A stretch of DNA of 47,014 nt, filler included, from an uncultured virus (IMG/VR IMGVR_UViG_2049941000_000885) (15 parts of one record of this genome joined end to end with filler, not necessarily neighbours in it); one strand, 5' to 3'; positions 1 to 11,875 are shown, numbered from the whole stretch's first letter. Translations and numbers: made by a program. The notes: generated by a model from the letters alone, not told the origin.

Positions 1-264
1 GATTCAGAAGGCGCAAAAAATGTTGGAATAGCTCTGTTGATTGGTCTCGGTGTAACAAGAGACCCGGGCAAGGCGGCTGAATGGAATTTGAAAGCGGCAC
101 AAGCGGGAAATGCGCATGCACAGTTCAATTTAGCGAAACAGTACCTATATGGAGATGGAGTCCGACGAGATTATGATCAAGCTTTCTATTGGCTCAAAGA
201 ATCAGCGTATCAAGGCCACCAGCAAGCCATTCAAACAATTAAAGATCTGGGCATTGAGGTTTGA
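1..264 (+). CDS. Sel1-like repeat protein, C-terminal part (5' truncated)
   Basis: Two Sel1 repeats: GLGVTRDPGKAAEWNLKAAQAGNAHAQFNLA and YLYGDGVRRDYDQAFYWLKESAYQGH. Confidence 0.85.
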   Translation, partial: DSEGAKNVGIALLIGLGVTRDPGKAAEWNLKAAQAGNAHAQFNLAKQYLYGDGVRRDYDQAFYWLKESAYQGHQQAIQTIKDLGIEV

Positions 265-440
265 ATGGAATGGCACCTCTATTCTTTTCGAGCGCATCAT
301 TGGAGCAGTTGTCTTGTNNNNNNNNNNGAGATGGGCTACAGCGAACCTTCTGAGGAACAGGCGACAGCGATTGCAGCGGCTCTGGGATTCGATGTCAGCC
401 GTTTCGGGAAGGAAGACGCAGCGATGCGGGAGGCGGCAGT

Positions 441-807
441 ATGACGAAAAACTGCATCAGATCACGGCTGGAAGAATCCGGCATAACCCAGATCGAAGCC
501 GCTGCCTGTCTGCCAGACGATGTAGGGCGTGTCGGAATGTCCTTCATCGTCACAGGAAAGGTGCTGCCGACCAAGAGCAGCCTCGAAGCGCTCTGTGGAA
601 TGTTCGACTGTACGCCATCTGACCTGTACGACCCGGACGACATCAACCTGCTTGCAATCGGAGCTGATGCCATCGAGGAAACGGTCAGGTTCGACCCCGG
701 CAACGTGTCACGGTCAGGCAGGCAGCATGACGGAATGACAGAGCTGAGGGCATGGCTGCGGCCCTACGAGAAAGAGGCCCTTGCCAACGCGGTAGATGAA
801 CTCGGTT
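441..807 (+). CDS. XRE-like helix-turn-helix phage protein (3' end in gap)
   Basis: RBS GGGAGG; HTH-like N-terminus (RLEESGITQIEAA...LCGMFDCTPSDLY). Confidence 0.55.
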
Positions 808-817
808 NNNNNNNNNN

Positions 818-1123
818 TGCAAGCACGTTTTCGCCCTTCCTTATGCGGGGAAGCAGCAGCGTGGGGATGTCCTCGTCCACATACCAGCCGTCCGTGCGCG
901 TTTTAACGGGCGCGCCGTTCAGCTCCACCGAGGCGTTCCCGGGCTGCTCCATGGCCAGACGCAGACCGCCGAAAGGCCTGTCAGACCGGAAGACCGCCAT
1001 CAGGTGCGCCGTGTGCAGCGGCTTTTCGGGCTTTGTCAGCCAGGGCTGCACCTGGTCGCCGTCGCGCCGGGGTAGGCCTGCCATGGCCCGCAGGGCGTTG
1101 TCCGCCCGGAGCACATCCTCCGC
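818..1123 (-). CDS. Host glycoside-hydrolase-like protein, internal fragment
   Basis: High-GC fragment between gaps; VELNG...DGWYVDEDI...IRKGENVL resembles the beta-sandwich of large glycosidases. Confidence 0.4.
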
Positions 1124-2317
1124 NNNNNNNNNNGTATCACAAAGTGATATAGAAATCAATGGTTTATGGCTGTTTTAGCCTTAAACTTTCTATTGGCGTC
1201 AATCATAGTTAACACCTTTAGGTGGAGAAAGCTGTCAAGGTGTTCACCTCTCTTTCTACTGTTGATTATATCACAAAAGCTGAAGTTGATAAAGAGCATT
1301 TCTGAGCCGCTTTCCTACATGTTCATTTTCTAGGCGGCATAGGCGCTTGCGCCGTGCGGACAATAGACTCGTTATATTGAGTATATAGATTGCCATTAGT
1401 GTTATGGATGTGTGGGTGGGATAAGCGAATGCGGGGAAAAATGTCCCCCGGGGATGCTGTATTGACAAGATGTAGGCTTTATAAACAGACCAAAGTTTGT
1501 TTTAGATAATTTGCATTTGCTGAGGGCAGAGCATTTAAACTTGTCCCTGGATAAAGCTGATTAAGTATCGAATCCTCAATATGGAAGAGCCAGANNNNNN
1601 NNNNNNNNNNNNNNNNNNNNNNNNNNNNNNNNNNNNNNNNNNNNNNNNNNNNNNNNNNNNNNNNNNNNNNNNNNNNNNNNNNNNNNNNNNNNNNNNNNNN
1701 NNNNNNNNNNNNNNNNNNNNNNNNNNNNNNNNNNNNNNNNNNNNNNNNNNNNNNNNNNNNNNNNNNNNNNNNNNNNNNNNNNNNNNNNNNNNNNNNNNNN
1801 NNNNNNNNNNNNNNNNNNNNNNNNNNNNNNNNNNNNNNNNNNNNNNNNNNNNNNNNNNNNNNNNNNNNNNNNNNNNNNNNNNNNNNNNNNNNNNNNNNNN
1901 NNNNNNNNNNNNNNNNNNNNNNNNNNNNNNNNNNNNNNNNNNNNNNNNNNNNNNNNNNNNNNNNNNNNNNNNNNNNNNNNNNNNNNNNNNNNNNNNNNNN
2001 NNNNNNNNNNNNNNNNNNNNNNNNNNNNNNNNNNNNNNNNNNNNNNNNNNNNNNNNNNNNNNNNNNNNNNNNNNNNNNNNNNNNNNNNNNNNNNNNNNNN
2101 NNNNNNNNNNNNNNNNNNNNNNNNNNNNNNNNNNNNNNNNNNNNNNNNNNNNNNNNNNNNNNNNNNNNNNNNNNNNNNNNNNNNNNNNNNNNNNNNNNNN
2201 NNNNNNNNNNNNNNNNNNNNNNNNNNNNNNNNNNNNNNNNNNNNNNNNNNNNNNNNNNNNNNNNNNNNNNNNNNNNNNNNNNNNNNNNNNNNNNNNNNNN
2301 NNNNNNNNNNNNNNNNN

Positions 2318-2894
2318 TTTCCCATCGAAGGCCCATCATCTCCCCACGACGTAGACCAGCCAGCAGCATAAGCATTGCCCAGATTCCGGCGCGGTGTTTC
2401 TGCCAGTTCTGGATGATGCAGTCTGTTTCCCATCGGTCAAGGGCGCGGTGCGTTCCCTTCGTTCCCTCTGGAATAATCAAGTCCGTTGCCGGGCTGGAAG
2501 CGATGAGGTTGTTCTTCACTGCCCGCAGGAAAACCCGCTTTATCGCTTGCTGGTATTTGTCGATAGTGGATTCGCTCATGCCAGCAACCTGATTCAGAGC
2601 GTTCTGAAGATCAGCCTCGCGGACGGAAGAAAGCACCATATCGCCGACAGCCTCACAAAGACGATTGTACGGCACGTCGTCGATGTTCAGGTAGGCAGGA
2701 TTCACTTTCGAGCGATAAATGGCCTTGAACTGCCTCACCCATTCCGCTACGGTGATGTCGTCCCCTGATAGGCGATGAGACCCACGAGACTTGTATTCTT
2801 CCCGCTTCCGCTCGGCCTCTGTGCGTGTTTTCCCGTAGAAAGAAATGCGGTTGGGCTTCCCGTCTTCACGGTAGCCGTCCGTGTACGTTACCTG
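2318..2894 (-). CDS. int: Tyrosine recombinase/integrase, internal fragment
   Basis: Arm-binding FYGKTRTEAERK, SAM-like core, RAVKNNLIASSPA and catalytic box I LLAGLRRGEMMGLRW. Confidence 0.9.
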
Positions 2895-3651
2895 NNNNNN
2901 NNNNNNNNNNNNNNNNNNNNNNNNNNNNNNNNNNNNNNNNNNNNNNNNNNNNNNNNNNNNNNNNNNNNNNNNNNNNNNNNNNNNNNNNNNNNNNNNNNNN
3001 NNNNNNNNNNNNNNNNNNNNNNNNNNNNNNNNNNNNNNNNNNNNNNNNNNNNNNNNNNNNNNNNNNNNNNNNNNNNNNNNNNNNNNNNNNNNNNNNNNNN
3101 NNNNNNNNNNNNNNNNNNNNNNNNNNNNNNNNNNNNNNNNNNNNNNNNNNNNNNNNNNNNNNNNNNNNNNNNNNNNNNNNNNNNNNNNNNNNNNNNNNNN
3201 NNNNNNNNNNNNNNNNNNNNNNNNNNNNNNNNNNNNNNNNNNNNNNNNNNNNNNNNNNNNNNNNNNNNNNNNNNNNNNNNNNNNNNNNNNNNNNNNNNNN
3301 NNNNNNNNNNNNNNNNNNNNNNNNNNNNNNNNNNNNNNNNNNNNNNNNNNNNNNNNNNNNNNNNNNNNNNNNNNNNNNNNNNNNNNNNNNNNNNNNNNNN
3401 NNNNNNNNNNNNNNNNNNNNNNNNNNNNNNNNNNNNNNNNNNNNNNNNNNNNNNNNNNNNNNNNNNNNNNNNNNNNNNNNNNNNNNNNNNNNNNNNNNNN
3501 NNNNNNNNNNNNNNNNNNNNNNNNNNNNNNNNNNNNNNNNNNNNNNNNNNNNNNNNNNNNNNNNNNNNNNNNNNNNNNNNNNNNNNNNNNNNNNNNNNNN
3601 NNNNNNNNNNNNNNNNNNNNNNNNNNNNNNNNNNNNNNNNNNNNNNNNNNN

Positions 3652-3729
3652 TGAAACGCCGATTGCGGTTGCCAGTTGCTTCTGAGAAACCCCCTTTTCT
3701 TCGAGGAGTTCAAGGATTCGAGCTATCAT
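3652..3729 (-). CDS. CI-like XRE repressor, N-terminal fragment
   Basis: MIARILELLEEKGVSQKQLATAIGVS HTH start; GGAGGTG RBS; divergent from lytic genes. Confidence 0.75.
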
Positions 3730-3760
3730 AAACCCACCTCCGAAAAATAATTCGTTAAAT

Positions 3761-3802
3761 TCGAGATTACCCCTTTACAATCTCGATAGTTCGTGCTAAG
3801 AT
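3761..3802 (+). promoter_or_regulatory. Rightward lytic promoter with overlapping operator palindrome
   Basis: TTTACA-17bp-TGnTAAGAT; inverted repeat TCGAGATT-N10-AATCTCGA (3761-3786) straddles the -35. Confidence 0.65.
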
Positions 3803-3859
3803 TATTACAACGACCAATCAAATTATAGCATTTGGCTGGCTCGAAAGCAAGAGAGGAGG

Positions 3860-3912
3860 ATGAAAATGGCATATTTCGGGAAGCGAAAATGGCTCGAAGA
3901 CATCCGATACCC
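3860..3912 (+). CDS. Cro-like protein, N-terminal fragment
   Basis: GAGGAGG RBS; MKMAYFGKRKWLEDIRY; position divergent to repressor. Confidence 0.45.
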
Positions 3913-4092
3913 NNNNNNNNNNNNNNNNNNNNNNNNNNNNNNNNNNNNNNNNNNNNTTAATTAATTAANNNNNNNNNNNNNNNNNNNNNNNNNNNNNNNN
4001 NNNNNNNNNNNNGCTCTGGACAGAGTGCAACGAGGCAATCGGAGCCTTGCAGGGCTTGGCAAACTCACTCAGGAACAAGGGCGGTTGAGACT

Positions 4093-4332
4093 ATGGCTGA
4101 ATGTCTCTACTACGATACGCAGGACATCATGGACCTGCTGAAGGTCGGGAAACACAAAGCCAATGAGATCATGCACATCTTCGAGGCCAGAGGCGAACTG
4201 TTCAAGCTCGGAAAGACAATGCGCGTCAGGAAGAGCTACTTCGACGCTTGGCTGGCCCGCATGGATGGCCCAGAGAAACGCAGAAAGATTCTCGACAATG
4301 AATTTCAGCGCACCAGCGCACGGAGGAAATGA
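4093..4332 (+). CDS. Excisionase-like DNA-binding protein
   Basis: 79 aa, winged-HTH pattern (YDTQDIMDLLKVGKHKANEIM...FKLGKTMRVRKSYFDAWL). Confidence 0.65.
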   Translation: MAECLYYDTQDIMDLLKVGKHKANEIMHIFEARGELFKLGKTMRVRKSYFDAWLARMDGPEKRRKILDNEFQRTSARRK

Positions 4333-4622
4333 TATGTTCGCCTACATACTCGTCTACGTTTTCGGAATCGGCACAGGGGCCGGGCTGCTGATCGCCAACA
4401 GGCGCAGCGTGGATAAGGCGGTCAACACCGAAAAAGTCCGCTCACAGCAGATCATCAACTCTTCTATGCAAACCTAAAAATNNNNNNNNNNCCCGCTTTC
4501 CGAGGTTGAGAGGTTCGCTGAGACCCTTGAAAGCCACGGAGCAAAGTTCGTCAATACGAGCGCTAAGCCCTCAGGCAAAGCCGGATGAGACGTAAAATTC
4601 AGTATTTTCATCTGTTAGTCTA

Positions 4623-4651
4623 TTGCAATTTATCTCATAATGTGGTATGAT
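4623..4651 (+). promoter_or_regulatory. Sigma-A-type phage promoter, family A copy 1
   Basis: TTGCAA-17bp-TATGAT with extended TG; near-identical to 44378-44406 and 13710-13724. Confidence 0.7.
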
Positions 4652-4716
4652 AATAGTGATGGAACACAATTCCACCCCGTCAGAGTTCCGACATTACGAG
4701 ATAGGGAGGTCACAAC

Positions 4717-5944
4717 ATGGAGGTCAAGATTCTGAAGTTGAAGATGGCGAATTTCAAGGGCATACCCGCTCTGGAAATCGACATGGACGGCAACGACGTG
4801 GCAGTTTACGGTCAGAACGCCACGGGCAAGACGACGGTGTTTGACGCTTTTACTTGGTGCCTGTTTGGGAAGGACAGCACGGACAAGTCCGACTTCTGGG
4901 TCAAGCCCCACGATGCGCACGGCGAGGAGATTCATAACCTCGAAACGGTCGTGGAGACTTGGCTGCTGATCGACGGCAAGCTCCAGTCCTTCCGGCACAT
5001 GGTCGCCGAGAATTGGGTCAAGAAGAACGGTGAGGCTGACCGCGTNNNNNNNNNNGGCCAGATTGTCAGCCCCGAAGTTTTCCGGCTCATCACCAACCCG
5101 ATGGCCTTCAACGCCGTCAAGTGGGAAAAGCGCCGGGAGTTCCTTCTGAAGCTCAGTCCCGTAGACGTGGACCAGATCATGCTCGGAAAGACCGAGTATC
5201 AGCCCATCCGCGAGGCAATGGAGCAGCACGGCACAGACATCTACGGTGTCAAGAAGGTCAAGATGGAAGCCAAAAAGCGGGACAATACCGAGATGGACCA
5301 GATTCCCGTCCGCATCTCCGAGCAGACCGCCACGCGGGACGCTCTTGGAGCCTGCGACGTGGAGGCCGCCAGNNNNNNNNNNAGCCAGATCGAGCAGATC
5401 GAAGCCGCCATGAACAGCGGCGCGGAGATAATCGAGCAGATCAAGGCCAAAGCCGACGCTGTTGCTCAGGCAGAAAGCGCCCTGCGCAATGCGAAGATGG
5501 CCGAATACCGCGCCCGGACAGACGCGCACGGGAAGGCCAGTACGGAGCTTGCCACTGTCAAGGCCCGGCTGAAGAGCGCGAAGATCACGCTGGACGACAT
5601 CGAGGTCCGCGCCCTCAGAGATCAGGAGGAGCTGGACAGGCTGAACGAACAGCTCGTCAGCACCCGCGAGGAATGGTACAGGGTGGACGATGAGAAAGCG
5701 CCTGAATACGAAGGCTCCACCACCTGCCCCACCTGCGGTCAGGAACTTCCGGCAGACCAGATCGAACAGGCGAAGGCCCGGTTCCTTCAGCGCTTCGAGG
5801 AGGATAAGACCCGCCGCCTCGACAGCATCAGCAAGCAGGGCCGCTCCATCTCCGACCAGATCAAACGTCTGGAGGAACGCATGAGCCGGGATAAGGTGGA
5901 CACTGAAAAGCTCCGAGCCACAGTGGCGGCAGACGAACCCAAGA
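4717..5944 (+). CDS. SbcC/Rad50-like AAA ATPase (gapped)
   Basis: N-terminal NFKG and Walker A GQNATGKTT, long coiled coil, zinc hook CPTCGQ. Confidence 0.85.
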
Positions 5945-5966
5945 NNNNNNNNNNGGAGGTAGCGTA

Positions 5967-6863
5967 ATGAGCGAACAGAGAAACATGCTCGCGGAGCAGG
6001 AGGCGGCTCAGGTTCAGATGGGCGCTGACCCGATAGCCCAGAAAGACATCACGGACAGCGTTCTCCGCAAGGTCAACCAATTGGAGCAGTCGAAAACGAT
6101 CAAGATGCCCGCTGGCTATAATCCGGGCAACGCCCTGAAAGCCGCGTGGCTGAAGCTCCAGACGGTCGTGGACAAGAACAAAAAGCCAGCTTTGGAGGTA
6201 TGCACGCGGGTGTCCATTGCAAACTCCCTGTTTGACATGTGCATTCAGGGACTGACCCCGGCGAAGAATCAATGCTATTTCATCGTGCGCGGAAATGAGC
6301 TGACCCTCATGCGCTCGTACTTCGGCACGGCGGCGGTCCTTAAGCGGCTGAACGGTGTGGAAGATGTCTTCGCTCAGGTCGTTTACAAAGGCGACGTGTT
6401 CGAGTACATCATCGACGGCGGCAATATCGTCGTCACGAAACACGAACAAAAGCTGGAGAACATCAACACCGATAACATCGTTGGCGCATACTGCGTGATC
6501 GTCAAGGATGGAAAGCCCCGCTGTGAGATCATGACCATGACCCAGATCAGGCAGGCGTGGACGCATACCACAAACGGCGGCGGCGTTCAGAAAGAGTACC
6601 CGGACCAGATGGCAAAGCGAACTGTCATCAATCGTGGCGCGAAGATGTATGTCAACACGTCCGATGACGCGGATGAGCTGATCGAATCCATCAACCGCAG
6701 CACCGAGAATGAGTACGATGACAGCCCGGTCGAGAACGGTGAACCTGTCACTCTGCCCGCAGCCACGGTCGCCCTCCCTGCATCCCAGGCAGCCATCGAG
6801 ATTCCCGCTGAAAGCGTTGTTCAGGCTGAAGTCGTGGCCGAACGCAGAAAGCCGGGGTTCTGA
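5967..6863 (+). CDS. recT: RecT-family ssDNA annealing recombinase
   Basis: Motifs SIANSLFDMCIQGLTPAKNQCYFI, RSYFG, QMAKRTVINR. Confidence 0.9.
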   Translation: MSEQRNMLAEQEAAQVQMGADPIAQKDITDSVLRKVNQLEQSKTIKMPAGYNPGNALKAAWLKLQTVVDKNKKPALEVCTRVSIANSLFDMCIQGLTPAKNQCYFIVRGNELTLMRSYFGTAAVLKRLNGVEDVFAQVVYKGDVFEYIIDGGNIVVTKHEQKLENINTDNIVGAYCVIVKDGKPRCEIMTMTQIRQAWTHTTNGGGVQKEYPDQMAKRTVINRGAKMYVNTSDDADELIESINRSTENEYDDSPVENGEPVTLPAATVALPASQAAIEIPAESVVQAEVVAERRKPGF

Positions 6864-6864
6864 T

Positions 6865-7376
6865 ATGTGGCTCCGGGTGATCGGCACGGGAAGCAGCGGC
6901 AACGCATACCTGCTCCAGCAGGGCGATGATTCGCTACTGCTGGAAGCGGGGCTGAACTGGACGGCGATTCTCGGCGCTCTGCCTCACGGCCTGCATACAA
7001 TCAGGGCCTGTCTGGTGACACACGAACACAAGGACCATTGTAAGTCTGTCAGCCAGATACTCAGATTCGGCATCGAGACCGTGATGAGCGCCGGAACGTG
7101 GGGCGAGATCAGGAAGACCGACAAACAGGCCAGTTTAACGCCTGTAAATCGGCTCAGGCTGGTCAAAGCGGGAGAGGCCATATACTTACCACCATTCACA
7201 GTGATGGGCGTACAGGCCATGCACGACGCGGTAGAGCCGATGGCGTTCCTCATTCGGCATGACAAAACAGGCGAGACAGTCCTGTACGCCACTGATACCT
7301 ACATGCTCCCGAACCGATACCCCGGCATCAATCACTGGCTGGTCGAGTGCAACTACACGATGGGGAAGGGTGAGGG
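6865..7376 (+). CDS. MBL-fold metallo-hydrolase (3' end in gap)
   Basis: GTGSSGNAY, THEHKDH, HDAVEP, YATDT, VECNY motifs. Confidence 0.88.
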
Positions 7377-7386
7377 NNNNNNNNNN

Positions 7387-7795
7387 GAAGCCGAGGTCGC
7401 AGCGCTGTCTGGGGAGCCTGATTACAGCCAGAGCAAGGTCATCCAGCAGTTTGAAGAAAAGCTCAAAGCGGCGAAAGAGGCATACGAACAGGCCATGGAC
7501 AGTCAGGCCCCTGCAGACGAAGCCCTCATCCAGAAGAAGCGCGACCTGATCGCCCGGAAGAACGAGCTGATGAAGGTCGAAGCAAAGAAGCAGCAGCTCG
7601 ACATCTGCAATACCCGCATCGCCGAGCTGGAGAAGCGCCAGCAGGCACTGGGCGTTCAGATCGCCGACACAGAACAGTTCCTCATGCTGGTGGACAAGTT
7701 CGTGGCCGAGCGGTGCAGTCTCTTGGAAGAGAGCATCAATAGCCTGTTCCCGTCCGTCCGCTGGTCGCTGTTTGAGCGCCAGATCAACGGCGGCA
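7387..7795 (+). CDS. Displaced C-terminal coiled-coil fragment of the AAA ATPase
   Basis: Coiled coil ending LEESINSLFPSVRWSLFERQINGG, typical of this phage ATPase family. Confidence 0.7.
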
Positions 7796-7894
7796 NNNNN
7801 NNNNNNNNNNNNNNNNNNNNNNNNNNNNNNNNNNNNNNNTTAATTAATTAANNNNNNNNNNNNNNNNNNNNNNNNNNNNNNNNNNNNNNNNNNN

Positions 7895-8136
7895 NCCGAG
7901 CGGTTCAATCACGAGCTGGCGAAGGTCTGGGCGAACGTCTATGACCCGAACACCGATGCCCGGAAAGCCCGCGCCGTTGTCCTGACGGTGAAGGTCACGC
8001 CGAATGAGCGGCGCGATGCCTGCGACTTCCGCGTAAGCGTCCAGTCGAAGCTGGCTCCGCAGGTTGACCTCAGCCAGACCGTGATGATTACCCAGCGCGA
8101 CGACGGCAGCGTCCTCGCGACAGAGCGCACCGATCA
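7895..8136 (+). CDS. Conserved phage hypothetical protein, fragment
   Basis: ERFNHELAKVWANVYDPNTDARKAR...VQSKLAP, a recurring Bacillota phage early gene pattern. Confidence 0.55.
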
Positions 8137-8146
8137 NNNNNNNNNN

Positions 8147-8680
8147 AGATCGACGGAGTGACGTTCTTCTGGAGCCGAGGAAACTACCGCTGGGAGCCTC
8201 TGCGCATCCCGCTTCCTGAAGATCAGCCGCATCCCGAAAAGCTGGCGTTCTTCACGTTGGACGGCATGATCGACTACATCCAGCAGAACGTGGAGGGCCT
8301 GCTGCCCGGCATGGGAAGCTCGGAGCGCCTGATGCTTCAGGTGGTCAACGAGAAGTACGTCGTCCTCTGGAGCAAGCCGTCCACATTCCGCAAGNNNNNN
8401 NNNNACCGCAGACGATGGCGTGTCTCAGGTCGTCACCGTGAAGCAGGGCGTGTCCCTCGCGTCCAACTGCCAGTTCAAGAACCCCGTTCCGCTGGCTCCG
8501 ATGCGCACGTTTACGGAGGTCGATCAGCCGGAATCCAACTTCACCCTGCGCGTGAATGAGAAAGCCAACGTAGCGCTGTTCGAGGCTGACGGCGGCGCTT
8601 GGAAGAACGAGGCAGTGGCGCTCGTCAAGGAATACCTGAAGAGCAACCTTGCAGGCTACCCGGTCGTCGTCATTGCCTAA
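8147..8680 (+). CDS. Conserved phage hypothetical protein (gapped)
   Basis: DDGVSQ..., LAPMRTFTEVDQPES, ALFEADGGAWK motifs. Confidence 0.6.
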
Positions 8681-8740
8681 GGCAAAGCATAGGGGCGGCG
8701 TGGTTGCCGCCCCTATATCCCCATCAGGAGGTCAAAGTAA

Positions 8741-9485
8741 ATGCCGAGCAGGATATTGAGCCAGAAGATCAACACCAGCAACAGCCTTAGCCATCTCAGC
8801 CCGATGGAAGAAATCGTATTCCTGCATCTCATCGTGAGCTGTGATGATTACGGCAGGTTCTTCGGCCATCCGTCCATCTTGAAGGGAATGATGTTTCCGC
8901 TGCGCGAGTTCAAGGAGAGAGACATCGAGGCCGCTCTGCTGAAGCTGGAATCCGAGGGCATGATTCATAGATATGTGCATGAGGGAACCGTGTACCTTGA
9001 ATTGACCGCGTGGACGAAGTACCAAACGCCGAGGGCGAAGGGCAGCAAATTCCCCGGTCCGGCAGATGGAGAGACCAGCGCGTATTTGCCGGNNNNNNNN
9101 NNAAAACATATCCGGGCAGATGCAGGAAGAAACGAACAAACCTGAACAGAAGCAAGCGAAACCGAAAGAGGACGAACGGTTCGAGGTGTTCTGGAAAGCC
9201 TATCCAAAGAAGGTCGGGAAGAAAGACGCTGCGAAGGCGTTTAAGAAGATCAATGTCAGCGACGAACTGTTGGAGACCATGATATCCACGATTGAGCAGT
9301 CGAAACAGTCCGTACAATGGCAGAGGGATGACGGCCAGTATATCCCGAATCCGTCTACATGGCTGAATCAGGGCCGCTGGGATGACGAACTGAAACCAGC
9401 CACCTCAGCAGTGGGCAGACAAGGAGGCTATACGCCAAACCATCATATCACGGACGGTCAGTCCGATAATCCGTTCAGGAAATAA
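8741..9485 (+). CDS. Phage replication initiator (gap in central region)
   Basis: N-terminal LIVSCDDYGRF; C-terminal FEVFWKAYPKKVGK...YIPNPSTWLNQGRWDDE; upstream of DnaC-like loader. Confidence 0.8.
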
Positions 9486-9500
9486 TCTGGAGGTGGAAGC

Positions 9501-10351
9501 GTGGAACATGTGCAGGCAGGAAACGCATTTGCGGAGATACTTCTTCGTAATGTCGGCTCCGATCTGGGAGGAGTAAAGGACGGAGATTATAAGGACGCAG
9601 CAGACGGCCTTTGGCATTGCGGCGTATGCAAGGAGCCAATGCAGAAAGTTCTTCACCTTCCACTTCCCGGATTCGAGAACCGGGTCGTCAGGTGTCAGTG
9701 CAGGTGCGAACAGGAAAAGTACGCGGAGGAACAGCGCCGGGAACAGTTCAGGAAAGATCAGGATGCCATCGCCCGCCTGCGCGGTGCCAGTCTCATGGAT
9801 GAGAAGTTCGAGGATAGCACCTTCGACAACTTCCAGATCACGCAGGACAACGCACGGCAGTTGAAGGTCTGCAAGCGGTACGCGACGGCCTTTGATACAA
9901 TGTGCGAGAAGAATCAGGGGATGCTGCTCTGGGGAAACCCCGGCACAGGGAAAACCTACGCGGCAGCTTGCATCGCCAATTACCTGCNNNNNNNNNNAGC
10001 CAGTAGTTATGACTTCTTTTGTCAAGCTGATCGCGGCCCTACATAAGCCGCAGGACGGAGAGACGGAAGAGACGATCATCGCCAGACTGAACCGCGCCGC
10101 CCTGCTTATCATCGACGATCTGGGTGCGGAACGGTCCACCGATTACGGTCTGGAGCGCGTGTACAGTGTCATCGACAGCAGGTATAGAACGAAGAAGCCT
10201 ATGCTGTTGACAACGAACCTGACTATGAAGGAAATGCAGTCCACAACGGATATTCGGTATGCACGCATCTATGACCGTGTGTTTGAGGTCTGCTATCCGC
10301 TGGAGTTCAAGGGTGAATCGTGGCGGTTCATCGAGGCAGAACGGCGATATG
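9501..10351 (+). CDS. DnaC/IstB-like helicase loader ATPase (gapped)
   Basis: Zn motifs, Walker A GNPGTGKT, Walker B LLIIDDLGAE, TTNL. Confidence 0.88.
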
Positions 10352-10499
10352 NNNNNNNNNNNNNNNNNNNNNNNNNNNNNNNNNNNNNNNNNNNNTTAAT
10401 TAATTAANNNNNNNNNNNNNNNNNNNNNNNNNNNNNNNNNNNNNNNNNNNNACCCTGTAATAGTTGAGACGTGGTTGTGACCACGAGAAAGGAAAAGAT

Positions 10500-11141
10500 A
10501 TGAACCTGAACGAGTTTTCCAAGGAAGTACACAAGAACGCTGTCGATCATGGCTGGTGGGAAGGGGAGCGGGCTTTGCCTGAAACGCTGGCCCTGATTCA
10601 TTCCGAGTGGTCCGAGGCACTGGAGGAAGCACGAGCTGGAAGGCCGATGGTATACCGCGTCTGCCACGAAGACCCGGAAGAAGAAATGATCTGCAATCCG
10701 CAGGATTTGACAGACTGCACGAGTTTCGGTAAGGAAAAGGATTGCAAATATTATGGCAAAAAGCCAGAAGGAATCGCTGTCGAGTTGATCGATGGCTGCA
10801 TCCGCATCCTCGATCTGATCGGAAAGTCCGGGATTCAGCTTCAGAAGCACTACACCCTCGAAGAGCTGATGAAGGACGTTCCTGCTGCCGCTGTTCCTGA
10901 AGAACTCTCCCATCTGGTCACGCTGCTTCACTGGTATATCTCTATGGTATACGCCGCGCCAAAGGGAAAGGGAATCTCCGAAGGGCCTGCCGCTTTCAGG
11001 GAAAGGGTGTCCCGCCTATTTGAGGCGATGGGGATTGCTTGCGTCTGGGTCAAGAAGCATGGGTGCGACCCGGAAAAGCTGCTAATCGAAAAGCATGAGT
11101 ATAACAGGACCCGCCCGTATAAGCACGGGAAGAAGTTCTGA
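10500..11141 (+). CDS. MazG-like / all-alpha NTP pyrophosphohydrolase
   Basis: LALIHSEWSEALEEAR, KPEGIAVELIDGCIRILD, KHEYNRTRPYKHGKKF. Confidence 0.75.
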   Translation: MNLNEFSKEVHKNAVDHGWWEGERALPETLALIHSEWSEALEEARAGRPMVYRVCHEDPEEEMICNPQDLTDCTSFGKEKDCKYYGKKPEGIAVELIDGCIRILDLIGKSGIQLQKHYTLEELMKDVPAAAVPEELSHLVTLLHWYISMVYAAPKGKGISEGPAAFRERVSRLFEAMGIACVWVKKHGCDPEKLLIEKHEYNRTRPYKHGKKF

Positions 11142-11875
11142 TTTCGGAGGAAGGCCATGGAAGAGATCATCCAACTGCTGATAATCGTCCTGATGTTTGA
11201 CGCTGCAATCGTGGCGGTCGGGCTGCTCAGGAAGAAGAACATGTGGCATTTCATCTGCGCATACTGGGTAATTCTTACGATCAAGAACACTCTGGAGGCA
11301 ATAGAAAAGCTATGAATGACGCGAAGTTTANNNNNNNNNNGGAAGGAAGGCTGACGGCATGAAGAAAAAGAACAGGATTCGCAGAATTGTCATCCGGGTG
11401 ATTCGGACGCTATTCTGGGCTATCGTCTTCATTCTCGCCTTTTTTGCTTTGGTTTCAGGAGTTGTCCATGTCAACCGTTGTTAAGCCGTCCACAGATGAT
11501 CTGCTGGTAGCCATCCGCGCTCATTGTCTGGAGTGCAGCGGAGGATGTCGGAAAGAAGTTGAGCGGTGCAGGATGAAGAAATGCCATCTATACCCGTACA
11601 GGTCAGTCACAGCGATAGGCGGCGGCAAAGAAAAGAATGACAAAAGGCAGGTCAGCCTATTTGATGTTTTGAAGGAGGTACAACATGGCGAAACAGTTTA
11701 TTCTCAGGAGCGAACTGATGAAGAGGATGAAGGGGCTGGAGAAAAAAGCTCAGGAAACAGGAGACCCAAAGGCCGTCGAGTTCGCGGTCAAGGCGTATAA
11801 CGCCGCCCTGTCTACGCCTGTCGAAAAGCATATCTACTGCCAGTGCTGCGGAGAAAAGATCAGGGAGGCGATCTG

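Noticed and set aside
1134..1300. AACACCTT/AAGGTGTT hairpin with a minus-strand TATAAT and mini-ORFs (possible type I toxin-antitoxin or leader)
   Set aside because: No hydrophobic peptide or downstream gene visible; context cut by gaps
6709..7851. MBL hydrolase fused to a coiled coil (and similar chimeric ORFs at 441, 24590, 25110, 34567, 42884, 45478)
   Set aside because: Fusions cross N gaps joining misordered fragments
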